Shown here: piece by piece, positions 16,577-26,468 of the stretch
Layout of the letters: each line of letters begins with the position of its first letter
How positions within the stretch are numbered: position 1 is the first letter of the stretch
Assembly (NCBI GenBank): GCA_018056375.1
Contig: JAGPFQ010000001.1
Span: forward strand, 598,137 to 644,853
Length of the DNA stretch: 46,717 nucleotides
Direction of reading: 5' to 3'
Source: Candidatus Dojkabacteria bacterium
GTDB taxonomy: Bacteria; Patescibacteriota; Dojkabacteria; SC72
Position numbers and translations under genes: made by a program
The notes under the pieces: model-generated
The model's input: the letters and a program-made list of their open reading frames with translations, nothing else
What the model was told of the DNA's origin: nothing
Database searches by the model: none

Positions 16577-17353
16577 ATGAAATTACTAACTCAAAATATA
16601 TACTGTGTAACTACATGGGATTCTAAAAAAGACACTCTCCTAAAAGCATACAAAGAGATTAATCCAGATATTCTTTGTTTGCAAGAATTAATATGTGGAA
16701 AAACTAATAGTTCTGAAGAAGTTAATGATATTGAAAAGATACTAAATACTACTGGTTACTTCACAGATACATTTGAATATATGCCTAATCAGGGAATCTT
16801 TGTTAAAAACAAAGATATTGATGTTATTCAAAAATTTAGACTTAACCATTCCAACTTATACAAAGATGGAACACTTGATAGTCATCCTAGATTATTAATA
16901 GCAACATTGTTAAGTATTGAAAGAAAAGAACTTCTAGTTGTTACTCTACATTTATCAAAATTTAAACATTTTAGATACCAAAACTGGGAAGAGGTGATGT
17001 TTTGGTTAAAGAAATCTGGATTAATAAAGAAAAATATTCTCGTAGTAGGAGATTTTAATTCGTATGATAAAGATGATGTTCATAAAACTGTAGAGAAGAG
17101 CGGTTTTAAGAATGCTTGGGAAGAAGTGAATAAAGAAAAATGTATTAGTTACAACTCTTCTGAATGGTGGAGTAAAAATTATCCTAATCACCCTGTTAGT
17201 AAGATGGCTCATGAGAGAAAAATATCATGGGATGATAATTGTATAGACTTCATATTTTACAAGGGTAATATTAAGATAAATTCTGTTGAACTATTAGATT
17301 TAGTTCCTGAAGGTACAGATCATAGAGGTTTGATATTGGATTTTAGTCTTTAA
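16577..17353 (+). CDS. Endonuclease/exonuclease/phosphatase (EEP) family protein
   Basis: LLTQNI, PDILCLQE, LHL, VVGDFNS, IDFIFY, TDH motifs. Confidence 0.9.
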   Translation: MKLLTQNIYCVTTWDSKKDTLLKAYKEINPDILCLQELICGKTNSSEEVNDIEKILNTTGYFTDTFEYMPNQGIFVKNKDIDVIQKFRLNHSNLYKDGTLDSHPRLLIATLLSIERKELLVVTLHLSKFKHFRYQNWEEVMFWLKKSGLIKKNILVVGDFNSYDKDDVHKTVEKSGFKNAWEEVNKEKCISYNSSEWWSKNYPNHPVSKMAHERKISWDDNCIDFIFYKGNIKINSVELLDLVPEGTDHRGLILDFSL

Positions 17354-18050
17354 TATATCTCCAATGCCAAGGTTCATACATAGTTCCAAGCTCATTATCC
17401 TTAGGAAATGATTCTTTAAAACCGTATTTCTCAGCATTCTTTACAAGCCATTTGTATTCCTTAGTATCTTCAAAATATCTATCATCGTGTTCTTGAGGAA
17501 CACCATCCTCTGTAATGAAATCTATAGCTACATTATCAGCAACACAATGCTCACTATATCCAGGCATAGCAACTCTTTCTAATGTTTTTCCAATATCAAA
17601 TTCATACATATTAAGATACCAAACAAGAAGGAAAAGTTGATATGCAGGAGAACGATAGCCTGAAGCTATTAATAATTTCTTACCAATATCTTTAAACATA
17701 GCTTTGTTCATCTTTTCATATGCCTTGTATACCTTACTAGGTAAATACCTTTCCCCTATCTCATGATATCCTTTCTCTTCAGTATCAGTCTCATATCTTT
17801 GCCCTTTTATCTCTACTAAATCTTTAGGAACATCTTGTATACCTAGATATTCACCCTTAATACCATAGTCATGTGGATCTATTGTTAAAAGTTTCTTTAG
17901 AAAAGCAATCTCTTTTTTATTAAGAAAACTGTAAACTGTATCTAAATCTGCTATTGAGAACTTTTCTTTTTCTGTTTCTGTAATCTTTTTAAGAAGAGAT
18001 TTAGTTAATTCTTTTTCCTTTTCTGTTATTGTAAATGGTTTTTGTTTCAT
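17343..18050 (-). CDS. D-Ala-D-Ala carboxypeptidase, M15B/VanY family
   Basis: ASGYRS, PGYSEH...AIDF, YEPWHWRY. Confidence 0.9.
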   Translation of the reverse strand: MKQKPFTITEKEKELTKSLLKKITETEKEKFSIADLDTVYSFLNKKEIAFLKKLLTIDPHDYGIKGEYLGIQDVPKDLVEIKGQRYETDTEEKGYHEIGERYLPSKVYKAYEKMNKAMFKDIGKKLLIASGYRSPAYQLFLLVWYLNMYEFDIGKTLERVAMPGYSEHCVADNVAIDFITEDGVPQEHDDRYFEDTKEYKWLVKNAEKYGFKESFPKDNELGTMYEPWHWRYIKD

Positions 18051-18055
18051 TTTAC

Positions 18056-19081
18056 TTACTTATCCTTTGTTAATCTTTTTGTTTCCTCTAACAACAAATC
18101 AAAATCCGACCTATACAACTTATCCTGTATTGGTCTAAATTTTTCATACTCCATCTCTGCTTTTATTTTGGCTTGTTTCTGAGATATCTTTCCTTTGTCT
18201 GTAAGAATTGGGTAGTTTGCTAATTCTAGAAAATCGTTTAGTAGAATACTCCAATCTTTCATATTCATAACAATATGTCTTTCTGCCCTATCCTCAGCTA
18301 AATCTAAATATGTATTTACAACTCTAATTAAAGCTTTCAAATGTTCTTCGTTTAGATAGTTCTTAGCAACAGTTACATCTCTTTTTAATATTTTTCTGTT
18401 TTTCTCTTTTCCTCCCCATGTCTTAAGTCCCATATTTACCTTCTTAGCATCTGCTTCTGTATATATTATCTCTGCAGCTGTTTTCCCTGTAATTGCCCAA
18501 TGGAATTTGTTCTGAACAGTAGCAAAAAACTCTTTTGTAAATGTTGATTTACTATCATAATCTGCAGAAAGTGCAAAAATGTCTGTAACCTTTTGATACA
18601 ACCTTCTCTCACTTGCTCTAATCTCACGAATCCTCTCCAACAACTCATCAAAGTAGTCTTTACCAAACCCTTTCATCTGTTTTAATCTGTCATCATCTAA
18701 AACAAAACCTTTGATTGTAAATTCTTTAAGAATATCAGTTGCCCAAATTCTAAAACTTGTAGCTCTAGTAGAATTCACCCTATATCCAACTGCTATTATT
18801 GCTTCAAGAGAATAGAAGGTGGATTCATACCATCTACCGCGCTTTTTCATATGTGCAAATTTTGCACATATGCTTTTTTCATCTAACTCTCCTTCTGTAA
18901 ATATATTTTTCAAATGTTTAGAGATTACAGACCTTTCTACTTCAAACAATGTAGCCATTAGTTTCTGTGTTAGCCACAGATTATCATTATGAAAGAAGAC
19001 ATCTATATTTACATTACCATCATCGGTTTGAAATATGACAAAGTTTTCTAATTTCTCTATTTTTTCTGCTTTCTTAATCAT
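18056..19081 (-). CDS. RhuM family protein
   Basis: WLTQKLMATLF...AIIAVGYRVNS.RAT.FR.WAT, KGFVLDDDRLK, DYFDELLERIREIRASERR, TVQNKFHWAITG. Confidence 0.9.
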   Translation of the reverse strand: MIKKAEKIEKLENFVIFQTDDGNVNIDVFFHNDNLWLTQKLMATLFEVERSVISKHLKNIFTEGELDEKSICAKFAHMKKRGRWYESTFYSLEAIIAVGYRVNSTRATSFRIWATDILKEFTIKGFVLDDDRLKQMKGFGKDYFDELLERIREIRASERRLYQKVTDIFALSADYDSKSTFTKEFFATVQNKFHWAITGKTAAEIIYTEADAKKVNMGLKTWGGKEKNRKILKRDVTVAKNYLNEEHLKALIRVVNTYLDLAEDRAERHIVMNMKDWSILLNDFLELANYPILTDKGKISQKQAKIKAEMEYEKFRPIQDKLYRSDFDLLLEETKRLTKDK

Positions 19082-19213
19082 ATATATATTTTAGAAGATA
19101 TGTTTTAAGAAAACAAGTCGTAGAAAGGTTTTTAATGAAGTTGTAAATACTTGTAGAGAAGATATTTATGATTTCTCACAATACTCATCAAGAAATCTTT
19201 TTTAAAGATATAG

Positions 19214-22200
19214 TTATACATCAAGCAAGAGACCACTAACTTCCATCTTTCGTTCTCCCGAAATTCTCGCAAAATCATGAAACTCAACGTATTGATCACC
19301 TGTTGCAGATTCTGTGATACTCACTGTAACTGTTTCTGCTTGTCCTGACATGTTGTTCTTATTGAAACTTTCTAACAACACTTTTGCTGAAGTTCCAACT
19401 GATGACATAGCAGCACCAGAAATAAACACTCCTAATTTAATATTTGGAAATTGTTGCTTGATAATCTTTTGTTTCTTAAGAATAGTTTTAATATGGTTCT
19501 CTAGTATTTTGCGAGATCTCGTGCCATACACTCTATCAAAAACAAAAGCTATACTGTTAGAACCATCAACCTTGTCTATAGGTACTACAAAAACTATTTG
19601 ATCTGAGATACTTCTTTCTTTTCTAGAACCTTCCTGAGTGAAAAGGAAAAACTTATTAGAATCTCCAAATGTTAGATTGGTGTCGTTGTTAATACCATCT
19701 GTCATACAAGATAAGCACTCACGAATGTTTTTTATTACCACATTTAAATTATTGGTAGCAACACTAGTGATAACTTGTTCTTTGTCTCTTCTGTTTACAT
19801 TAACTTTTATCTCGTTTAATTTGTTTTTTAACTGCTCGTTGTCTGTAACTTCAATAACATTATCTATTTGACTGTTAATTTTCTGTTGTACTTCGTTATA
19901 TTTTTCTTCTAACTTAATTACTTGTTCACGTATTTTAGAAAGATATGTATCGACAATCTCTTTCTCTTCAGGTTTAAGTTTATCTTCCTTTTTAACAACT
20001 AAATTTTCTAGATGATCTATATCTTGAGATAGAGCTATAGCACCAGAAGTCTGTGTAAAGTCCTCACCTAACTTGTTGAAGATTTCAATAACTGCAGATT
20101 CTGGTTGAAGCAAACTCTCAAGTACTTCAATATCCCCCTCAACCCCTTTTACAGTTTCCGCTAAACTGATAACAGCTGAAAAAGGTTTTAGTTCTTTTTG
20201 AAAAACTCTGTTTAATTCTTCTGGTGTTTTTTGAATGTTGTTCTCTTCCATAATTCGAAAGACCTCTTCCCGTATTCTCTCTTCTTCTATTGTAAGAGAT
20301 TCTCTTAGAGGTTTGTTGTTCATCTGCATCCATATCTTGCTGACAATACTGCCAAACGACTTTTTCTTTCCTCCTTCTTTGTCCTCTACATTTCTTTCCA
20401 TATACCCTTGCAACAACTTTATTCGTTCTCTATCCAAAGGAGTTGGATACAGATCCTCATCAGTTAATTCTTCCAAATTCTTAATAATATTGGTTAGTTT
20501 TTGATCAACCGTTGTAATGTTTGCTAATTCCATATTAGATACCTCTGTTTGTAGTAATTGCATAAACAAAGGTATTTCCTCTGGTTGAATGCCAAGGTTT
20601 TCTGCTGTTAAAGGATTTAGCTTCTTCCTCTCCTGAAGTACAGTCTTAATATATGCACTATTCTCTGGAATTAGATACTCATGAGGATTAATATCTTTCC
20701 CCTCTCTAAAATCACCCCATTTATCATTAACCATCATAGCTAGATAGAAACCTAAAATCTTTTCTTTGTCAGGAGTTTTATTTCTCATGGTAGATAAATA
20801 CATTGCAACATTCGAAAAAGATTGTATATGTTCAGGAGTTATCCGTTCTGAAATTTTAATAATTCCAAAGCGTTCTTTAACCAAACCTCTTATTTCCGTT
20901 AACAACCTTTGTCTCTCTTCTTCAAAAGTGACTTCTCCTGATTTAAACATTTCAGTAAAATTACGTATATCAGTACGCATACCCATTAATACTTCTTTGC
21001 TATATATCTTTTCATCTCCATTTCCTCGTTTTTCTTCAATAGCCAACTTTGCCCTATGAAGTGGATATATATTACTAACAAAACCTTCTAATTCAGAAGG
21101 AGAAAATTCTTTAAAGAGAGTTAGATTATCTGAAAAGATACTTGGTGCTACATCTATAATATCACGCGAAATATTGTAAAAGTCTGTCCTCTCGTTATTA
21201 GACCATTTTTCATTATTAAACCTTTGTTCTATTTCTAATAAGCCTTGAGCTATTTCAACCTTTGTTCTATCTACTGTTGTCTCTTTAGAAAATGCATTGT
21301 TAACACTTACTATTAAAGAATTTAAAGAAGTTACTTGGCTTAAAGGACCTGCTCCTTCACAATAGTGAATAAATTCGGAAGTTAGAAGTAAAGAGAAAGG
21401 AATATCTTCTAGTCTACCTGTTTCTAAACCAGACTCCAAGTAAGTCAACCACTGTTCTTTTAATCCATTCAGAGCTGTATCTCGAACTTTAGGATCTTCA
21501 AAAACTTCTTTTATCTTTTTAGTTGCAGTATCTGAAAATTTGGGTAAGTAATAGTCGTCAAAATCTGCCCTAGTAAAAGCCATTAATAGTGAATGCCAAA
21601 CCATCTCTTTTAGTTCGTCTACTTCTTTGTTTTCTAGAATGTTATTAATATTGATTAAGTGTTGCTTGACTAATAATGGTAAAACTCGTTTAAACTCGCC
21701 TTTATTACTGGACCTAGATATGTTTATCTCTCTTCCTATATTTATATCTTCTTTTTGTTCTATTGAAAACTGATGTCTTTGAATCATGTGTTGGGATAAT
21801 AACAGTCCTTCGTTGGTTTTAAGAAAGAATTTTGGATAACGAAGAACATCTTGAAATTCTTGGGTTTTTATACCATCGGAACCGAAAAGTACTGGTAATT
21901 CTAATGCACGCTCTTGAGTTATATCTTTGTTGTTAACTAAATTAGCTATTTTTCCAAGCAGGACTTTTTCTTCGTAATACGTCACAAACAAGCTTTTAAA
22001 GAACTCCACTCCTTTATCAGTCTGAAGAAATAACTCAGGAAACTGTAACAACACTTTGTTGCTTTGAGATTCTACTATATCTTTGCTAAGCTTTTCGTGT
22101 AGTTTTAGGGCAAAATCCGGAGAAACTTTCTCTTCCCCTACTAATTTGTAAAGGCCTGTTAAAAATGTTTGATTCGAAAAATTAGCAGACAAATCCTTAA

Positions 22201-24466
22201 GGAAGATAACACTTTCTTCTCCCTTAAAATAAGAACAAAAGGAAGAACAAAGATCATAATTTTCACTCAAAGAAGGGACTGCTTTGTAAGCACTTAACAG
22301 AACAAGTAAATCTGAGGACGATATTGCCAAATCTGCTGACTTATTTAAAACACTATCAGATGTTAGATATTTTATAGCATTAATATCTGTCTTGTTCTCT
22401 AAAATAAGATTAGCAATAGTAGAAAATCTTCTTATTACCTCAAGTTTCTGCGGATCAACAGAACCACTTTGCTCTGCAGACAGTAAAGCCAAATGCTCTC
22501 TGAGATTAACACAAAATTCTGAGGCAAACTCGTTCTTAGAAAGATTGTCTTTCATATCGGAGTCATTAATATCAAATACTGAGTCTTTTAATCCAGGTTC
22601 ATCTATCATATTGCTAGGAATATCGTTGAGAAAAGTTATAGCTTGTGCTATAGAATTTTGTTCTTGTTCATTTATTATCCCTCTTTTAGCCAAAACATTA
22701 ACAACAGAAACTTCCTGTTTCAGGAAATGAACAGCACGTTGCCTATCATCTCCACTAACATTTTCATCTTCAATAACTTCTAATAACAAATCGTTCGCAG
22801 CACTCCTAATATACGAAGTAGTCAAAGAACCTACACCACTTTCTAGCAACTCTCTTGCTGGCTTTAAAGATGGGTAAACTCCTTCAGCAACATCTAAAAG
22901 CTGTCCCCAGTTAGGTTTTTGTTTCAATAAGTCGAGAGTGAATCTTATTTCTCCTCTTACATAATAGACTCCTTCACCTGTAGCGAGTAGAACTAAACTT
23001 TTAATAGCGTCAGGGGTAGGATAGTAATAAAATAATTTTATATAATCATTTGTATCACCGTATCTCTTGGAATTCTTTATAACTGCTTCATAAACCTCAC
23101 TATCTTTTTGATGAATATAATCTCCAAAAAGACTATTTGCTGTTTTTGAAAATTTTATAGCATTCCACAACATAATTTCTGAAGGTTCTAATGATTTTGT
23201 TCTTTTTGCATACTTTTCAAACATCTCATTATTGTATATATCCGTTTGTAACAACAAATTAACTCTTTCTTTCATAGGAAGTAGTTCAGCAAGAGCCATA
23301 TCAGTAACAAAGCTAGACATTATCTGTTCATTACTCGTTCTTAAAATACCATATAGATTGTGCTGCAAATTTATATCACTTATAAGTTCTGCAAAATTGG
23401 ACAAAGACTCTTCTGGAACGTACAAGTCCTTTCCGTATATTTCAGAATCACTTCTATTATGAAGAAAACTTCTTAAAGATCTATAAAAATCGTTCTTGTT
23501 TTGTTCCGAAACTTCTTTTTCAACTGCTACTTTTTCTGTACAGGGAACAATAACTTCCTCAATATAAGCATCTATTATTTCTCCTGGTATTGTACCATCC
23601 TGTAACATATCTTCTCCTAACTTCTCATACTCAGACACTACTGTATCTATCCTTCTTTTAACCTCACTATATAATAACTTATTTCTCATCTCTTTTATTT
23701 CTGGCACACTATTGAGAAGCCCTCCTTCTATGTTTTTCTTCTCTTTAAGAACAGCAGTTACATTTGAGTACTCGAAATTCAATTCCTCCTCTTTTTTTGC
23801 TAACCTCTTCTTTTCAGATACTGCTTTGATTCTTTGCCATAAACCTTTTACTTCCTCTAATTTCTCTTTTTTGTTAGAAATTTCACTAATCATACTCAAC
23901 AGATTATCTTGCTCTACCTTAGTCTTATTATATTCCTCTTCATTCTGTCCCCTTGCCCTTTCTATTGCCTTAAGTAATGTTCCACTCTTTAACATATATT
24001 CCATTGGGGTAATATCCATATTGTTTTCTAATTCCTTAATCTGAGCAACAACCTCTTCTACTGTAATATCAGAACGAGGTTCAGGAGCTTCCATCTCACT
24101 TACATCTAAAAAGTTTTTTATCTCTTCAACATTCTTACGAATGGTTTCCTTCCTCTCTTTAACTTTAGACAAGAAAGGTTCTATCTCTGTTTCTGTTACA
24201 GAAGCATCTTGTTGAAGATTATCAAGTTCTTCTACCAAAGAATCTGTTTCTGTTTTTAATTCATCTACCTCACTACTAAACCTATCTACTGGCTCGTTCA
24301 ACTGTTCACCTACCAATGTTGTTACTTCTTCTGAAACGGTAAGAGCTTCATTTAAAGCATCCTCTCCTCTCTCAGCCACTATAACAGTATCCTTAGATAC
24401 TTCCAAAACTTCTGGGGTTTGCTCTCCTGTTTCTCCTTGTGTTCCCTTATCAGAGTTGTCAATCAT
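19214..24466 (-). CDS. Giant hypothetical protein (1750 aa): coiled-coil/helical body with alpha/beta C-terminal domain
   Basis: Uninterrupted 5.25-kb ORF; no signal peptide or TM seen. Confidence 0.9.
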   Translation of the reverse strand: MIDNSDKGTQGETGEQTPEVLEVSKDTVIVAERGEDALNEALTVSEEVTTLVGEQLNEPVDRFSSEVDELKTETDSLVEELDNLQQDASVTETEIEPFLSKVKERKETIRKNVEEIKNFLDVSEMEAPEPRSDITVEEVVAQIKELENNMDITPMEYMLKSGTLLKAIERARGQNEEEYNKTKVEQDNLLSMISEISNKKEKLEEVKGLWQRIKAVSEKKRLAKKEEELNFEYSNVTAVLKEKKNIEGGLLNSVPEIKEMRNKLLYSEVKRRIDTVVSEYEKLGEDMLQDGTIPGEIIDAYIEEVIVPCTEKVAVEKEVSEQNKNDFYRSLRSFLHNRSDSEIYGKDLYVPEESLSNFAELISDINLQHNLYGILRTSNEQIMSSFVTDMALAELLPMKERVNLLLQTDIYNNEMFEKYAKRTKSLEPSEIMLWNAIKFSKTANSLFGDYIHQKDSEVYEAVIKNSKRYGDTNDYIKLFYYYPTPDAIKSLVLLATGEGVYYVRGEIRFTLDLLKQKPNWGQLLDVAEGVYPSLKPARELLESGVGSLTTSYIRSAANDLLLEVIEDENVSGDDRQRAVHFLKQEVSVVNVLAKRGIINEQEQNSIAQAITFLNDIPSNMIDEPGLKDSVFDINDSDMKDNLSKNEFASEFCVNLREHLALLSAEQSGSVDPQKLEVIRRFSTIANLILENKTDINAIKYLTSDSVLNKSADLAISSSDLLVLLSAYKAVPSLSENYDLCSSFCSYFKGEESVIFLKDLSANFSNQTFLTGLYKLVGEEKVSPDFALKLHEKLSKDIVESQSNKVLLQFPELFLQTDKGVEFFKSLFVTYYEEKVLLGKIANLVNNKDITQERALELPVLFGSDGIKTQEFQDVLRYPKFFLKTNEGLLLSQHMIQRHQFSIEQKEDINIGREINISRSSNKGEFKRVLPLLVKQHLININNILENKEVDELKEMVWHSLLMAFTRADFDDYYLPKFSDTATKKIKEVFEDPKVRDTALNGLKEQWLTYLESGLETGRLEDIPFSLLLTSEFIHYCEGAGPLSQVTSLNSLIVSVNNAFSKETTVDRTKVEIAQGLLEIEQRFNNEKWSNNERTDFYNISRDIIDVAPSIFSDNLTLFKEFSPSELEGFVSNIYPLHRAKLAIEEKRGNGDEKIYSKEVLMGMRTDIRNFTEMFKSGEVTFEEERQRLLTEIRGLVKERFGIIKISERITPEHIQSFSNVAMYLSTMRNKTPDKEKILGFYLAMMVNDKWGDFREGKDINPHEYLIPENSAYIKTVLQERKKLNPLTAENLGIQPEEIPLFMQLLQTEVSNMELANITTVDQKLTNIIKNLEELTDEDLYPTPLDRERIKLLQGYMERNVEDKEGGKKKSFGSIVSKIWMQMNNKPLRESLTIEEERIREEVFRIMEENNIQKTPEELNRVFQKELKPFSAVISLAETVKGVEGDIEVLESLLQPESAVIEIFNKLGEDFTQTSGAIALSQDIDHLENLVVKKEDKLKPEEKEIVDTYLSKIREQVIKLEEKYNEVQQKINSQIDNVIEVTDNEQLKNKLNEIKVNVNRRDKEQVITSVATNNLNVVIKNIRECLSCMTDGINNDTNLTFGDSNKFFLFTQEGSRKERSISDQIVFVVPIDKVDGSNSIAFVFDRVYGTRSRKILENHIKTILKKQKIIKQQFPNIKLGVFISGAAMSSVGTSAKVLLESFNKNNMSGQAETVTVSITESATGDQYVEFHDFARISGERKMEVSGLLLDV

Positions 24467-24585
24467 TGTTTTAACCTAAGCTTGAGTTTATCTATCTCTC
24501 TACTATCCTTTATCTCTATTAATCTAGCTCTAATCTCTTTAAGCCTTTTTAATATTCTCTTTATTTCTTCTCTATAATCTACCAT
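24463..24585 (-). CDS. 40-aa basic coiled-coil uORF MVDYREEIKRILKRLKEIRARLIEIKDSREIDKLKLRLKQ
   Basis: Manual translation; stop overlaps the giant gene's start (ATGA); TGtTATATT (-10 at 24592-24597) lies 6 nt before its ATG. Confidence 0.65.
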   Translation of the reverse strand: MVDYREEIKRILKRLKEIRARLIEIKDSREIDKLKLRLKQ

Positions 24586-24659
24586 AGTAATAATATAACA
24601 GAAAACAAAAGATATAGAAAGTTGTTAACAAAACGCATTTTATAACAAGAAACTGTACA

Positions 24660-25397
24660 TTATTTTCTCCTCGCATACTCCCACATACCAATACTTGTAG
24701 CTACTGAAAGATTCAATGAATCAATCTCATCTGAATGAGGTATGTATATGCTTTCTCCCTTTCTCTTCTCCATTGTTTTGTAACTCTCATCTAACCCCCT
24801 ACCCTCATTACCTTGTATAAAAGAGAAAGGTTCTTTAAATTCTACTTCAAGGATATTCTTCGCCCCATCTAACATAAAAGGATACAGATTATGATCCTTG
24901 TAAACCTCCGTATACTCATTAATTGTATTAAAATATCTAAAATGAATTCTAAACAGTGCCCCCATTGTAGATCTAACAACCATAGGGTCAAAGATATCAA
25001 CACCTGGTTTAATTATTGCAAGATTCTTAAACCCAAAACCAACCATAGTTCTAATAATCGTACCTAAATTACCAGTATTACTAGGATTAACTAAAACAAT
25101 ATGATTCTTTTCACCCTCTAACTCCTCTTCATACTTTTCAAACACCCCAACCACAAAAGTATTCTCCTTGTATGCAATCCTATCAATTAACTTATCATTC
25201 TCTTCAAAAGGAATATTCTCTCTCTTACAAATATCTAATATTTCAGAAACACCATCACTCTTTAAACCTTCTTTCTTAACTAAAACCTTTAAAACCTTTT
25301 CTTTTTGGAATTTCAATAAATCTAATACAGGATACGCTCCAAAAGCATATGAAAAATCAAATTTCTTTTGATATCTTTTTAATTTTGGTAGTTGCAT
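24660..25397 (-). CDS. TrmH/SpoU family RNA methyltransferase
   Basis: NPSNTGNLGTIIRT, QGNEGRGL, IDSLNLSVATSI. Confidence 0.9.
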   Translation of the reverse strand: MQLPKLKRYQKKFDFSYAFGAYPVLDLLKFQKEKVLKVLVKKEGLKSDGVSEILDICKRENIPFEENDKLIDRIAYKENTFVVGVFEKYEEELEGEKNHIVLVNPSNTGNLGTIIRTMVGFGFKNLAIIKPGVDIFDPMVVRSTMGALFRIHFRYFNTINEYTEVYKDHNLYPFMLDGAKNILEVEFKEPFSFIQGNEGRGLDESYKTMEKRKGESIYIPHSDEIDSLNLSVATSIGMWEYARRK

Positions 25398-25398
25398 A

Positions 25399-25809
25399 TT
25401 ACTTTTTACCTTTCTTACCTATTATCTCATTTCTAAGTTCATTTGCATAACCAAAAAGAAGAGAGATATATGCAAACATTTGAGTAAAAATACCGTGTAT
25501 GGAATTGTTTGTAGTGAAATGGAATATTGCTATTAATGAAAGAAGAAGTCCAAATATATTCCAATATGTGAAGTCATTAAATATCCATGATTTTGTAAAT
25601 GGTTTATTATCTTTTTTAAGAAATATTCCCAAAAAGGCTGAGAATATTAGAAGAAGAGATGGAAGGAATATGCTTGAATATGTTATTTCTTTAGGAAAAA
25701 TTTCTTTTAAATCTAATATTTTAGGAAGAAAAAGGAACAATACAACAGATATTGTTAGTACAGAGATTTGTATTATCCAATGAGTTTTATCTATTTTTTG
25801 TTTTTTCAT
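25399..25809 (-). CDS. Small polytopic membrane protein
   Basis: About 4 hydrophobic segments; GGAGG SD-like motif and TATAAT upstream. Confidence 0.75.
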   Translation of the reverse strand: MKKQKIDKTHWIIQISVLTISVVLFLFLPKILDLKEIFPKEITYSSIFLPSLLLIFSAFLGIFLKKDNKPFTKSWIFNDFTYWNIFGLLLSLIAIFHFTTNNSIHGIFTQMFAYISLLFGYANELRNEIIGKKGKK

Positions 25810-25861
25810 CTATTCCTCCCCCTCTTTGATTATATTCTCTTTCTGATATTTTTAACAACAT

Positions 25862-25895
25862 TTGACATTTAGCACTCACCATGTTAAAGTGCTAA
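25862..25895 (+). promoter_or_regulatory. sigma70 promoter overlapped by a CIRCE (HrcA) operator
   Basis: TTGACA 25862-25867, TAAAGT 25885-25890 (17-nt spacer); TTAGCACTC-N9-AAGTGCTAA at 25869-25895 (1 mismatch to consensus). Confidence 0.9.
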
Positions 25896-25960
25896 TAGAT
25901 AACCAAGAGAATTCTTTCGAATTTTCTTTATCAATTATTTAACTTTATTCTACAAAACAT

Positions 25961-26419
25961 ATGAAAGATGTAAAAAGAAAAGATGGTACACAGTTACCAA
26001 TTAGCACATATACTCCTGTAAGAAGCATTTTTGATGATTTCTTTGGAATGCCTTCTTTAATGGATGAGTTCTTTGCAAGACCTTCAATTCCAAGATATCC
26101 AAATATCTCTGCTGATATATGGGAGGAAGATGACAATTTCTTTGTAAAGATGGCCCTTCCAGGTGTGAAGAAAGAAGAAATTGATATTGAGGTAGAAGCT
26201 GATTATGTAAGAATTAAAGGTGGTCAGAAGAAAGAAGAGAAGGACGATACCAACAAAAAGTATTACTTCAAGAGTCTTGAAACACAGTTTGAGCAGACAT
26301 TTAATCTTCCAACTGCTGTTGATTCAAGTAAGGTAGAAGCATCCTTTAAGGATGGAATATTGGAGGTAAAGCTTCCAAAAGCAGAGGAATACAAACCTAA
26401 GAAGATTAGTATTAAATAG
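25961..26419 (+). CDS. Small heat-shock protein (Hsp20/alpha-crystallin)
   Basis: ADIWEEDDNFFVKMALPGVKKEEIDI...FNLPTAVD...ASFKDGILEVKLPK. Confidence 0.95.
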   Translation: MKDVKRKDGTQLPISTYTPVRSIFDDFFGMPSLMDEFFARPSIPRYPNISADIWEEDDNFFVKMALPGVKKEEIDIEVEADYVRIKGGQKKEEKDDTNKKYYFKSLETQFEQTFNLPTAVDSSKVEASFKDGILEVKLPKAEEYKPKKISIK

Positions 26420-26439
26420 GTTTGTGTTTATATGTGAAG

Positions 26440-26468
26440 ACAAGGGGGAGAAATCCTCCTTGTTTTTT
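26440..26468 (+). terminator. Rho-independent terminator of hsp20 (possibly also serving convergent hisS)
   Basis: ACAAGGGGGA-GAAA-TCCTCCTTGT stem-loop followed by T-run. Confidence 0.8.

Noticed and set aside
19094-19205. Start-less + strand reading frame KKTSRRKVFNEVVNTCREDIYDFSQYSSRNLF* as a pseudogene
   Set aside because: No start codon, short, no recognisable homology.
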